A DNA stretch of 51,014 nt, taken from Chiloscyllium plagiosum. Its lineage: Eukaryota. The notes under the pieces were generated by a model. The model searched no databases. It had not been told where the DNA came from and worked only from the letters and a program-made list of their open reading frames with translations. The translations under genes and the position numbers were made by a program. Within the stretch, counting starts at the first letter, position 1. The number at the start of each line of letters is the position of its first letter. Shown piece after piece: positions 23,001 to 35,000 of the stretch. The DNA lies in NCBI RefSeq assembly GCF_004010195.1, contig NC_057755.1:11941660-11992673 (forward strand), given 5' to 3'.

Positions 23001-26000
23001 TACCATGATCTCTGTCAGGAAAGCATATTTTTAAATTAATTTTTTTATTTCAAATTTTGCTATTTGTCAAGGTGTGCATGTGAACCTGTCCCCAGACCAA
23101 AAACCTGGGCCTCTAGATTTCCAGTTGAGTGACACTTCACTACGCCACTACCTCCCTGATAAATTGTGTGCTGGTTTTGATCACTCTAAGCTTAGGGTAT
23201 TGGGTAAGTGAGGCACCTCTTCCCTGATAATGACTAGCTACATCTGCATTAACTAAGCATCAAACACTATGCCTGCCTTATTATTGAACTCAGCTGAAAA
23301 TGTGTTGCTGGAAAAGCGCAGCAGGTCAGGCAGCATCCAGGGAACAGGAGAATCAAAGTTTCGGGCATAAGCCCTTCTTCCTGAAGAAGGGCTTATGCCC
23401 GAAACATAGATTCTCCTGTTCCCTGAATGCTGCCTGACCTGCGCTTTTCCAGCAACACATTTTCAGATCTGATCTCCAGCATCTGCAGACCTCACTTTCT
23501 CCTTATTATTGAACTCAGCCTGTTTACAACAGACCTACTTGGCATGAACAAGTGAACCGATATTTTGTTTTACTTGGCTGTTGAGCAGGCTCTTGAAATG
23601 CAGATATTTTCCCACAACACCTGCCCACTCTTTCTACTTTGTCAAATGTGGGGCAACTACCTCGATATTTTTCAATATTTACAGCAGATGCATTTATCGT
23701 TTTCCCATTTATTGAAAGTAAACAAAGTGAGTAATAACTTCTGGCAAAAATTAAAATAAATCAGAAGGGAAACTGTAGCGTTTGAGATTTGTTGCTTTTT
23801 TATCCCCCCACAAAAACCTATTGTAATTTGTCTTTAAAGGGGTTGACATTCAAACGTGTTGGAGTTCCAACAGCCGCAGACGTTGTTGAAGCTTCCTGCA
23901 AGGACGCTATCCGGTACAGTGTGATTTCAGATTAACATCTGCTGAGAGAGGATTGTATTCAGTCAGAGTGGATTGGGGATGCGATCTTTTAAACAGAGGG
24001 AACCTATGAGCAATTTGACGAATAGTAATAGTCCCTAATAATGGGAAGGTGTCAGGGATAGAGCGTAGCACTGGTGGAGGTGTGACGGAGGTCAAAGAGA
24101 TGTTATTTAGAGATTGAGTGGCGCAAGACCGGGGCACAGCTGGCCTATTCCAGTTTGATGCAGTAAATGTTCAGAGTTTGTGATCTGTGTTGGCCTTCCC
24201 TCCATTCAGGATTGAAAATAAAGCTGAGTAACCTGTAGATGTTAATGGTTAATGACTGATTTCCAAAAATGCTGATAATTTGCTGCTTTGTACAACGGGT
24301 AGATGGGATGTTGGCTGAGAGGAGATAATTCGTGAATTCCACCAACTGAACCTTGCAATGTTTGTATTTGAAAGGTCTTTGGATTCCATCCCAGCAGCAG
24401 CCATTGAGCATTTCCGTCCAGCAGCTGAAAGCCTGATTGAGCAGCGAGGAGCATTGCAAGCTTTGGCTGCTGCTTTGGCACACATCTCAGGAGCAAGGAG
24501 CATAGAGCAGCGTTCTCTCCTGAACTCTGATGCAGTAAGCACGTCTGCATTTGCATGCAGTTTCTTCCTTCCAGTGGCATGAACTCTTCCAGTGCATGGT
24601 GACTGGTTTCATTTGTGACTCAGTATTAGATTGATCATAGTCATATGCGTTGTACTAGGAATCTCACTTGGACAGTGACACCACCCCTATCCCACCCACA
24701 AGACTGAGAAAGACACACATTAACCAGCTCTCATCTCCTGTCTCTCTCCCAGATATAGCAGTGGCTGGGCAGGAATAGGATCATCTTGTACTTTAATCTG
24801 TCCATTGGTGAGAAGTTTATCAGTCCTTACTGCTTGATTCAGACGAACAGTTGGGCAGTTGGTGAGATGCTGAAAAGTTATCTTGTGCTGGGGAACGGCA
24901 GTCTGCCAACAGTCAGTACCTGACCCCTCAGTTCATTCTTCATAGTGCACTATCTTAAAGGAAGTTACAGATGGTGTATCCTGTTACTGCTCTGCACAAC
25001 TATAAATCCTGCTGGGCAGTAATGCAGTCAGGTCTGTCACCACCTCTTGTCAGGCGTATTCCACGTAATTGAACTATTCAGCCCATTGTATCTGTGCCAG
25101 TTTTTTGTTACAATCATTCTAGTGAAACCAATTTCATTGTCTTTTGATCTCCCCGGGACCCTTTCTAAAAAGCCATCTAGTTCACTAATGTCCTTTTGGG
25201 AAGGAAATAGGCTGTCCTAGCCCAATTTGGCGTATATGTGGGTCCAGACCCAGTAATGTGTGTGATTCTTAACTGTCCTCTGGAATAGCCAAGCAAAACA
25301 TTCCCACAAAAAAAAGGTCCTGTATTGCTCCAATAATTAATCCCCATGTTGTTCCCACTCCCCCTCCTGTATTCATATACACCAATCCCCTATTGAACCC
25401 ATTCCTTCCATCTCTCCCAAATAAATTCTACTGGTCCTTGCCCGTAATTCCCAGCTCCCTCTCTCCCCACAATACAAATGTCACCCAAATCACCCCACTA
25501 TTAATCCGACAGCACCCTAGTATGTTAAACCACCCACCTCCTGTCACAGTTCCAATCTACAAATTACAAGTTGTACCCCTCTTCCCATGAACCAATTGCT
25601 GTACCATGTCCAATTTTCTATTCCAATTTTGTGTAAGGGTCTGGATTGATCAGACAAGCAATCAGGTTGAGCTCTGTCTGGCCCAGCTCTTAAAGCCAAC
25701 TTGCTGTAAGATGTCACAACTTGGAAACAATCTGTACTGAAACTTCTCCCCTCATCATATTTGACCTCACAATATTAGTATTTCCATCTATTCTCCCTTG
25801 TGCACTTGTCTAACTTACCCTTTCAGCATTGATGCTCTTCTCCTCCCCGACTGTGTTGGTAGTTCTGCATTATAACTTCATTCTTAAGTCAAGGAATTTT
25901 TGAATTTAGAATTTGTTGAATGAATTTGTGACAATCAAATTTTTCTGGTTTCTAGTTTTGATCTTTCCCAAACAGTATCTTTTCCAGGCCTTCCATATTT

Positions 26001-29000
26001 GACAGCTCCACTGTTCTTCAGTTTTCTCTCTCATAGAGAAGACCTCGTTTAATCCTGCTTGTTCAATTTTTCCTGTTAGGTATGACGAGATTCTAAATTC
26101 ATTCCTGGAAATGATCTTTGTTTTGATATACCTCAAATCTATATTGTCAAATTGGGGAAGGCTGATTTTAGTAAGATCAGATATGATTTGGCCAGAGTGC
26201 ACTGGGGGAAGATACTTCCAGGTAGATCTGTCTCAGAACAATGGGATGCATTCAAAAAGGAAATATGGAGAGAATAGGGCCAACATATTCCAAGAAAGAA
26301 GGGTAAGGCCATGAAATCCTGTGAACCCTGGATACTGGGGGATATATAGCATTGGATTAAGAGAAGAAGAGAGGGTCAAAACAGCAGAAGCCTTAGAACA
26401 GTATAGAATGTGCATAAGGGATCTTAAAGGGGAGATTGGGAGATCTAAGGGGGAAATGAAAGAATACCACCTGGTGAAATAAGGGAAAATCCTAAGTAAT
26501 TTTACGGGTGCATTAAAAGAATAATGGGGGAAAGAGCAGGGCCTGTTAAGGACCAAAGTTTTAATTTGTATGTGGAACCAGAAGAAAATGAATACTTTGA
26601 ATTAGTACTCAATAGTGAGAGATGATGTAGGTATAGCTATCAGGGAGAAGGTCTGAGATTGTTAAGGACTGGGCCAAGCCCTCTTCGTATCAAGGAGGTA
26701 GCCCTGCCTCTAAACGGGTTGGGGGGGGGGCCGAGATTTGAAAGACGGTTTGGAAGAGGTGTGAGGAAAATAGTTTTCACCCAGGTGAGAATCTGGAACT
26801 CACTGCCTCTAAGTGTGGTGGTGGCAGAAACCCTCAACATTTAAGAAGTATTTAGATGTACACTTGTGATGCCAAAGCATACAAGGCTATAGACTGAGTC
26901 CTGGAAAATGGGATTTAAAATAATTAAGTGGCTATTTTGACTTGTGGCAAGTGATGAGTCGAAGGCCCTTGTCTGTCGATCTCTTATGACTGATGTGACA
27001 AAACTCTAGAAATGAATCCCAGCTGATGTTCTTTTTTGTTCTGTCCTTTAGTAGCTTGCAACACTCATAGTTTTGTAGGTGTACCCCAAACCGTCGTCCT
27101 CCCATTTCCAGTTTAGACTGTAAGGAGTCTCTGGCCTTTGAATAAAATATCTCATTTCATTTGTATTAAAATGCATTTGCCATTTTATCTGTGTTCTGCA
27201 ATTTTGATAATTTCTTGCATTTTGTCATGATTTTTTCAATATTAATTGCACCCTATAACCCTATTCTGGTCAAATCGGCACTTCTGATTTCCAAGTATAA
27301 ATCATTTTATAGATATGGTGAACATTTGTCGTCCCAGTACTGGTCCTTAAATTACCACTTTGGATGTTTCCCAGATTCTGCAGATTATTTTTAATTCAAT
27401 TTGCTATGTATTACTTGCCCTGTGATTTCATGTGCTCTGATCTTTTGACTGCTTCATGGTCCCTTATCAAATGTCTTTTGAAGATTCAAAATGACAGGAT
27501 ATTTGGAATTATGTTTTCTGTATTTCCTGAGCATGCAATAACTAATACTTCCAAATCTTAATATGTTTGAACCAAAAATTATGGGTGGCACAGTGGTTAG
27601 CACTGCTGCCTCACAGCACCTGAGACCCGGTTCAATTCCCGCCTCAGGCGACTGACTATGTGGAGTTTGCACGTTCTCCCTGTGTCTGCGTGGGTTTCCT
27701 TCGGGTGCTCCGGTTTCCTCCCACAGTCCAAAGATGTGCAGGTCAGGTGAATTGGCCATGCTAAATTGCCCATAGTGTTAGGTAAGGGGTGAATGTAGGG
27801 GTATGGGTGAGTTGCGTTTCGGCGGGTCGGTGTGGACTTGTTGGGCGGAAGGGCCTGTTTCCACACTGTAATGTAATGTAATCTTAAAAAAAATTGTTAT
27901 TTTGATATGTGTGGGTATGTTTGTTTGCCTTAATTGGAGATTAGCAATGGGGCAGCATGATGGCTTAGTGGTTAGCACTGCTGCCTCACAGCACCACAAA
28001 CCTAGGTTCCACCCTCACTGAACTGTCTGTGTGGAGTTTGCACATTTTCCCCATATTTGCATAGGTCTCCTCCCACAGTCCAAAGATGTGCAGATTGGGT
28101 GGATTCGTCATGAGAAATGCAGGGTTATGTGATAGGTTAGGGGGTGGATCTGGATGGGATGCTGTTTGGAGGGTGGGTGTCGTCTTGATGGGCTGAATGG
28201 CCTGCTTGCACATTGTAGAGATTCTATAATTAACATACTGCTTCTGTCTCAGGGATATACAACAATGGTATTGGCCTGTTCAATAGAAGTACACAGTTTG
28301 AGCTACGCAGTGAGAGGGCTGAAGGAACAACTCGGAGAGAATGTGGAAAACAAAGTGAAAAGGATGCAGTTCCTAAAGGGTAAAATGGTATGTTGACAAT
28401 CGGACACTTATTTTTTTACTGCATCATCGAAAGTCTCTGTGGTCACTGCATTGAGTATAGTTGTTGGTAAGGTCATGTTGAAGTTGTACAGGACAATAGT
28501 TTAGCCACTTTTGGAACACTGCATGCAATTCTGGTCTCCTTGCTATTGGAAGGATGTTGGTGAAACTTGAAAGGATTCAGAAAAGATTTACAAGGATGTT
28601 GCCAGGGATGGAGGATTTGAGCTTTCAGGAAAAGCTGAATAGAACATGGAACATTAGTGCAGTACAGGCCCTTCGGCCCTCGATGTTGCGCCGCCCTGTG
28701 AAGCCAATCCAAAGCCCATTCAATCTACGCTACTCCATTCTCGTCCATATGCCTATCCAATGACCATTTAAATGCCCATAAAGTTGGCGACTCTACAACT
28801 GTTCCACACCTCTACTACTCTGAGCAAAGAAACTACCTCTGACATTTGTCCTATATCTATCACCCCTCAATTTGAAGCTATGATCCCTCGCGCTATCCAT
28901 CACCATCCTAGGTAAAAGACTGTCACAGATCACCTGATCTAACCCTCTGATCATCTTATATCTCAATTAAGGCACCTTTCCGCCACCTTCTCTCTAAGAA

Positions 29001-32000
29001 AAACAGCTTCAAGTCATAGAGATGCACAGCATGGAAACAGACCCTTCGGTCCAACCTGTCCATGACTACCAGAAATCCCAGCCCAATCAAGTCCCACTTG
29101 TCAGCACCCGGCCCATATCCTTCGAAATACCCATACCCATCCAAATGCCTCTTAGATGTTGCAATTGTACCAGCCTCCAACACTTCCTCTGGCAGCTCAT
29201 TCCATACCTGTACCACTCTGTGTGAAAATGTTGCCCCGTAGGTCTCTTTTATATCTTTCCCCCCTCACCCTAAACCTATGCCCTCTAGTTCTGGACTCCC
29301 CGACCCCAGGGAAAATACTTTGTCTATTTACCTCATCCATGTCCCTCATAATTTTGTAAACCTCTGTAAGGTCACCCCTCAGCTTCTGACGCCCTAGGGA
29401 AAACAGCCCCCGCCTATTCAGCTCTTCCTATAGCTCAAATCCTCCAACCCTGGTAAATCTTTTCTGAACCCTTTCAAGTTTCACAACATCTTTCCAATAG
29501 GAAGGAGATCAGAATTGCACGCAATATTCCAACAGTGGCCTAACCAATTCCTGTACAGCCGCAACATGACCTCCCAACTCCTGTACTCAGTACTCTGACC
29601 AATAAAGGAAAGCATACCAAACGCCGCCTTCACTATCCTATTTACCTGCGACTCCACTTTCAAGGAGCTGTGAGCCTGCACTCCAAGGTCTCTTTGTTCA
29701 GCAACACTCCCTAGGACCTTGCCATTAAGTGTATAAGTCCTCCTAAGATTTGCTTTCCCAGAAGTGCAGCACCTCGCATTTATCTGAATTAAATTCCCAT
29801 CTGCCACTTCTCAGCCCACTGGCCTATCTGGTCAAAGTCCTGTTGTAATCTGAGGTAACCCTCTTTGCTGTCCACTACACCTCCAATTTTGGTGTCATCT
29901 GCAAACCTACTAACTGTACCTCTTATTCTTGCATCTAAATCATTTATATAAATGTCAAAATGAAGTTGTGGCACTCCATTGGTCACAGGCCTCCAGTCTG
30001 AAAAACAACCCTCCACCTTTCTTCTACCTTTCCCTCAACCTTTCCTCATAAGACCTTCCCTCCATACCAGGCAACATCCTAATAAATCTCCTCTGAACCC
30101 TTTCCAAATCTTCCACATCCTTCCAGTAATGCGGTGACCAGAACTGCACACAATACTCCCAAGTGCAGCCGCACCAGAGTTTTGCACAGCTGCAGCATGG
30201 TTCTGAAACTCGATCCCTCTACGGACAAAGGCTAACACAGCATATGCCTTTAACAGCCCTATCAACCAGTTTGGCAACTTTGAGTGATCTATGTACATGG
30301 ACACTCTCTGCTCAGCTACACTACCAAGAATCTTGCCATTCACCCAGTACTCTGCATTCCTGTTACTCCTTCCAAACTGAATCACACTTTTCTGCATTAA
30401 ACTGCATTTGCTACCCCTCAGCCCAGTTCTGCAGCTTACCTATGTTCCTCTGTAACCTACAACTTTGTTCGGCACTATCCTCAACTGTACCGACCTTAGT
30501 GTCGTCTGCGAAGTTACTAACCCATCCTTCTATGCTCTCATCCACGTAGTTTATAAAAGTGACAAACAGCAGTGGTCCCAAAACAGATCCTTACAGTACA
30601 CCACTAGTAACTGAACTCCAGGATGAACATTTCCCTCTGTCTTTTTTCAGCTCGCCAAGTTCTGATCCAAACTGCTAAATTGCTCTCAATCCCATGCTTC
30701 CGTATTTTGTGCAGTAGCCTACCATGGGGAACCTTATCAAGCGCCTTGCTGAATTCCATATACATCATATCGGTGGCTTTACCCTCACCTTCCTATGTGG
30801 TCACCTTCTCAAAGAACTCAATAAGGTTTGTGAATCTACCCTTCACAAAACCGTGCTGACAATCCTTAATCAACTTATTCCTATTGAGATGATTATAAAT
30901 CCTATCTCTTAGAATCTTTTCCAACACTTTACCCACAAGTGAAGTAAGGCTCACTGGTCTATAATTACCAGGGTTGTCTCTACTCCCTTCTTGAACAAGG
31001 CAATAATATTTCCTATTCTCCGTCCTGGCTTCCCAGAGAATCCTAGGATAAATCCCATCCAGCCGAGGGGATTTATCTATTTTTACACTTTGCAGAATTT
31101 CTAGACCACCTCTTTGTGAACACCAATCTCATCTCGTTTTGTAACCTGTATCTCAGTATTCTCCTCTACAACATTAACTTTTTTCGAGTGCAAGTAGTGA
31201 CGAAAAATATTCATTTAGCGCTTCCCCTATCTCCTCTTACTCCATGCACAGTTTTCCACTAATGTCCCTGATTGGCCCTAATCTTACTCTAGTTATTCAT
31301 ATATCCCTTATATACGTATAGAAAGCTTTATGGTTTTCCCTGTCCCCTCCTCGCTCATTTTAGCTTTCTTTTTAGGTCTTTTCTGACTCCCTTAGTAACT
31401 CTCAATCACTCTAACTGAGCCTTTACATATCATCCTAACATAAGCCTTCTTCCTCCTCTTGACAAGAGATTCAACCTCCTTAGAAAATCACGGCTCCTGT
31501 ACTTGACAACTCCTTCCCTTTCTGACAGATGCATACTTATCAAGGACATAGTACCTGTTCATTGAATAAGCTCCATTTTTCTGTTGTGCCCATCCTCTGC
31601 GGTTTCCTTCCACATCCTGTGCATCTTGCCTAATTGCATCGTAATTGCCTTTCCCCCAGCTGTAGCTCTTGCCCTCCGAAGTATGCCTATCCCTTTCCAT
31701 CACTAAAGTAAGCATAACTAAATTGTGGTCACTATCACCAAAGTGCTCACCTACTTCCAAATTTAACACCTGACCGGATACATTACTCAGTACCAAATCT
31801 AATGTGGGCTCGGCCCTTGTTGACTTATCTACATACTGTGTCATCTAACCTACTCGAACTATAGTATTCCCAGTCAAGGTTTGGGAATTTGAAGTCCTCC
31901 ATAACAACTACTCTGTCACTCTCACTCCTTTGTGAATCGTCCTTGCTAGTATTTCCTCTATAACTCTCTGGAACTATTTGGAGAGGGTGACCTCTCCTTT

Positions 32001-35000
32001 CCTGTTTCTAATCTCAGTCCAGGCCGAGGGATATTTTTCTCTGAAGCTTTGGACACCAAAGGTCAACCTTATAGAGGTTTATAAAATCATGGGGAGCATG
32101 CATCCGGTGAATAGCCAAGGTCTTTTCCCTGGCGTGAGGGAGTCCAGAACTAAAGCGTATAGGTTTAGAGTGAGAGGGGAAAGATGTAAAAGACTCCTAT
32201 GGCACAACTATTTCACACATAGGGTGGTGCATGTATGGAATGAGCTGCCAGAAGAAATGATGGAGGCTAGTACAATCAGAACATTTAAAAGGCATCTGAA
32301 TGGGTATATGAATAGGAAGGGTTGGAGGGATGTTGGCCGAATGCAGGCAGTGGGACTAGATTAGATTTGGTCGGCTTGAACAAGTTGGGCTGAAGAGTCT
32401 TTCCATGCTGTTCTACGACTCATTAAATCTACAACTACAAGCAGGAGTTGCACACAATCTCCGTGCCTGATATCAAACCATCCCTGTTTGAATTTTAAGG
32501 GCCTATGCATTTGGAAAAATGTTTCATGAATGGATAATCCCTGAACCGAGGTCTATTGGTGGGGAATATTATACAGACGTCAAAGATGGATGCTGCTTTA
32601 TTATTATCAAGGATTTCAGGGTAAATCTTGGACATGAGTCATTGGTCAGCTGACTGCTTGTGATACTCTTTCCAAACCAGGATCTTTCTGGGTGCAAGTG
32701 CTGTCTGCTAACTGTACACACGAGTTCCTGCTGCTTTCCCTGACAGTGTAGCAGGTTTATCAGGATGTCTGACTTGGAGGATATTTTCTATGATCAAAAA
32801 TTTGATAAACTTGGTTTGCTTTCACTGGAATGTCGAATGATGAGGTGCAGTCTGATAGGTCTTCAGCAAAGCCTTTGACAAGCGCTCTCATGGAAGGCTG
32901 ACATAAAAGTTGAACTCACACTGCATCAGGTCATTGCAGATCCTATGAATACAGACTGGCTTAATCATAATAGACAGTAGCTGAAGAAGGGTGATTTTTC
33001 TGACTGGAGATCTATGACCAATGATGTTTCACTTGGATCAGTGCTGGGATCCCTGTTTGTAATGTACAAATGTTCTGGAGGAAAATGTAAGTGGTCCGAT
33101 TAGTAAGTTTACAAATGATACAAAGATTGGGGGAGCTACGGATAGGAAGGATTACCAGTGGATACACCCAGGCTAGAGACTTAAACAGAAAAATGGCAGA
33201 TGGCATTTGATCTGGACAAATGTGAGGTGATGTATTTTGGATGACCTAATGCAGGAGGGAATTAGACAATAAATGGCCGAATCTTAGTAGCATCAACATA
33301 TAGAGGGATCTAGTGTATAAGCCTACAGTTCTCTGAATGTGGCAACACAAGTGGATAAGACGGTCAGGAAGGCACTTGATGTCCTTGGCTTCGTCAGTTG
33401 GGGTGTAGAGGATAAGAATTAGCAAGTCATGTTGCAGCTATATGGAACTTCAGTTAGATCACATTTGAAATATTATGTCCAGTTCTGGTCACCATGCTAC
33501 AAAGCTTTGGAGAGGGTACACAAACTGTTTACCAGGATGTTGCCTGGTTAGGAGTGTATTTGTCATAATTTGACAAATTTGGTTCGCTTTCACTGGAATG
33601 TCAAAGGATAAGTTGCAATCTGATAGAAATTTATAAAGTTTTGAGAGGTGTGGATAGAATGGCTACTCAGTCTTTTTCCTAGGGTAGAAATTTCAGTTGC
33701 TAGGGGACATAGGTTTAAGGTAAAATGGGGTAAGTTGAAACAAGACGTGAGAGGCAAATTTTTTGCACAAAGATGCCTGGAATGTACTGCCAGAGGAGAT
33801 GATGGAGGTGGATACAATAGCAACTTTTAAGAGGTGTTTTCACAGATATTTGAATAGCCAGGGATACAAACCATGTAGAGGTGAGAGGTTTTTAGTTTAG
33901 AAAAGCAGCATGTGCCAGTGCAGTCTTGGTGGGCCAAAGGGACTGTTCCTGTGCTGTACTGTCTTTGTTCAGACTTGAATGTAGTTGGTTTGATCACTAA
34001 GCTCACAGATGACCCCAACGTTGGTGGTGTGATAAATAATGAGAAGGAAAGCCTTAGATAAAATAATAAGGATGTGTCAATCACGTAAGCTGAACAGTGG
34101 CAAATGAAATATAATCCTGAAAGGTGTGAGATGATGGATTTTGGGAGGATTAACAAAACAAGGGAGTACACATTGAATCCTTGGAAGTAAAATGGTTAAA
34201 ACAGCATATGAGATGTTTTCCTTTATTAATTAAAACATTGAATACAAGAGCAGAGAGGTTTTAATGGAACTATATACAACTTCACTTAAGGCCACAGCTG
34301 GAGTTCTGGTCACCACACTGTAAGAAGGATGTGAATGCACTGGAAAGGGTGCAGCAGAGATTTACCAGGATGTTGTCTGGGCTGGAGTAAGTCAACTATG
34401 AAGAGACCTAGGGTTATTTTCTTTAGAACAGAGAAGACTGAGGGGAACCTAATTAACATGTACAAAGTTTTGAGGGGAGTGCACAGAGTTGCTAGAGAGA
34501 AACATAGAGGAATCAGTAACCATGGGGCACAGTCTGAAAGTAAGGCGCAGAAGGCTGAGAGAGGAATTGGAGGAAATATTTTTTTACCCAAAGGTTATAG
34601 ATATCTAGAAAGCATTGCCTTGAAAGATGGTAGGGCCAGAGCATGCAAGGCTATGGGCCGAATGCTGGAAAATGGATTTGAATAGATAGATGTTGATGAC
34701 TGGCTTGATATCATGGGTCAAAGGACCTCTTTCCATGCTATGACTTCCTGGAATCTGATGTTTCTGAATGATCTTTGCTGGAATCAACTAACTCACTGCC
34801 TATCTCTTTGTTTAGGGTGTTTGTTTCGATATTCCTGAAGACTGTCTGGAAGCCTTGAAGGTACGGAAGCCTTTCTGTATGGAGCTGTGTTATTGCTTGA
34901 TAACATGTAAACTTTCTGTAGCTGCTACTATTGTTAATGACATTTGTGCTAAAAAAATGTTTAAGCAATGTATCTTAATTTTCTTCTCTTCTGAAAGCTT

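Noticed and set aside
18246..24374. AAG acceptors at exons 7, 11 and 12
   Set aside because: Less common but standard U2 acceptors; no U12 donor signature seen
27583..27660. tRNA gene-like A/B boxes
   Set aside because: Head of an HE1-type SINE continuing into the SINE core; several similar copies in the window
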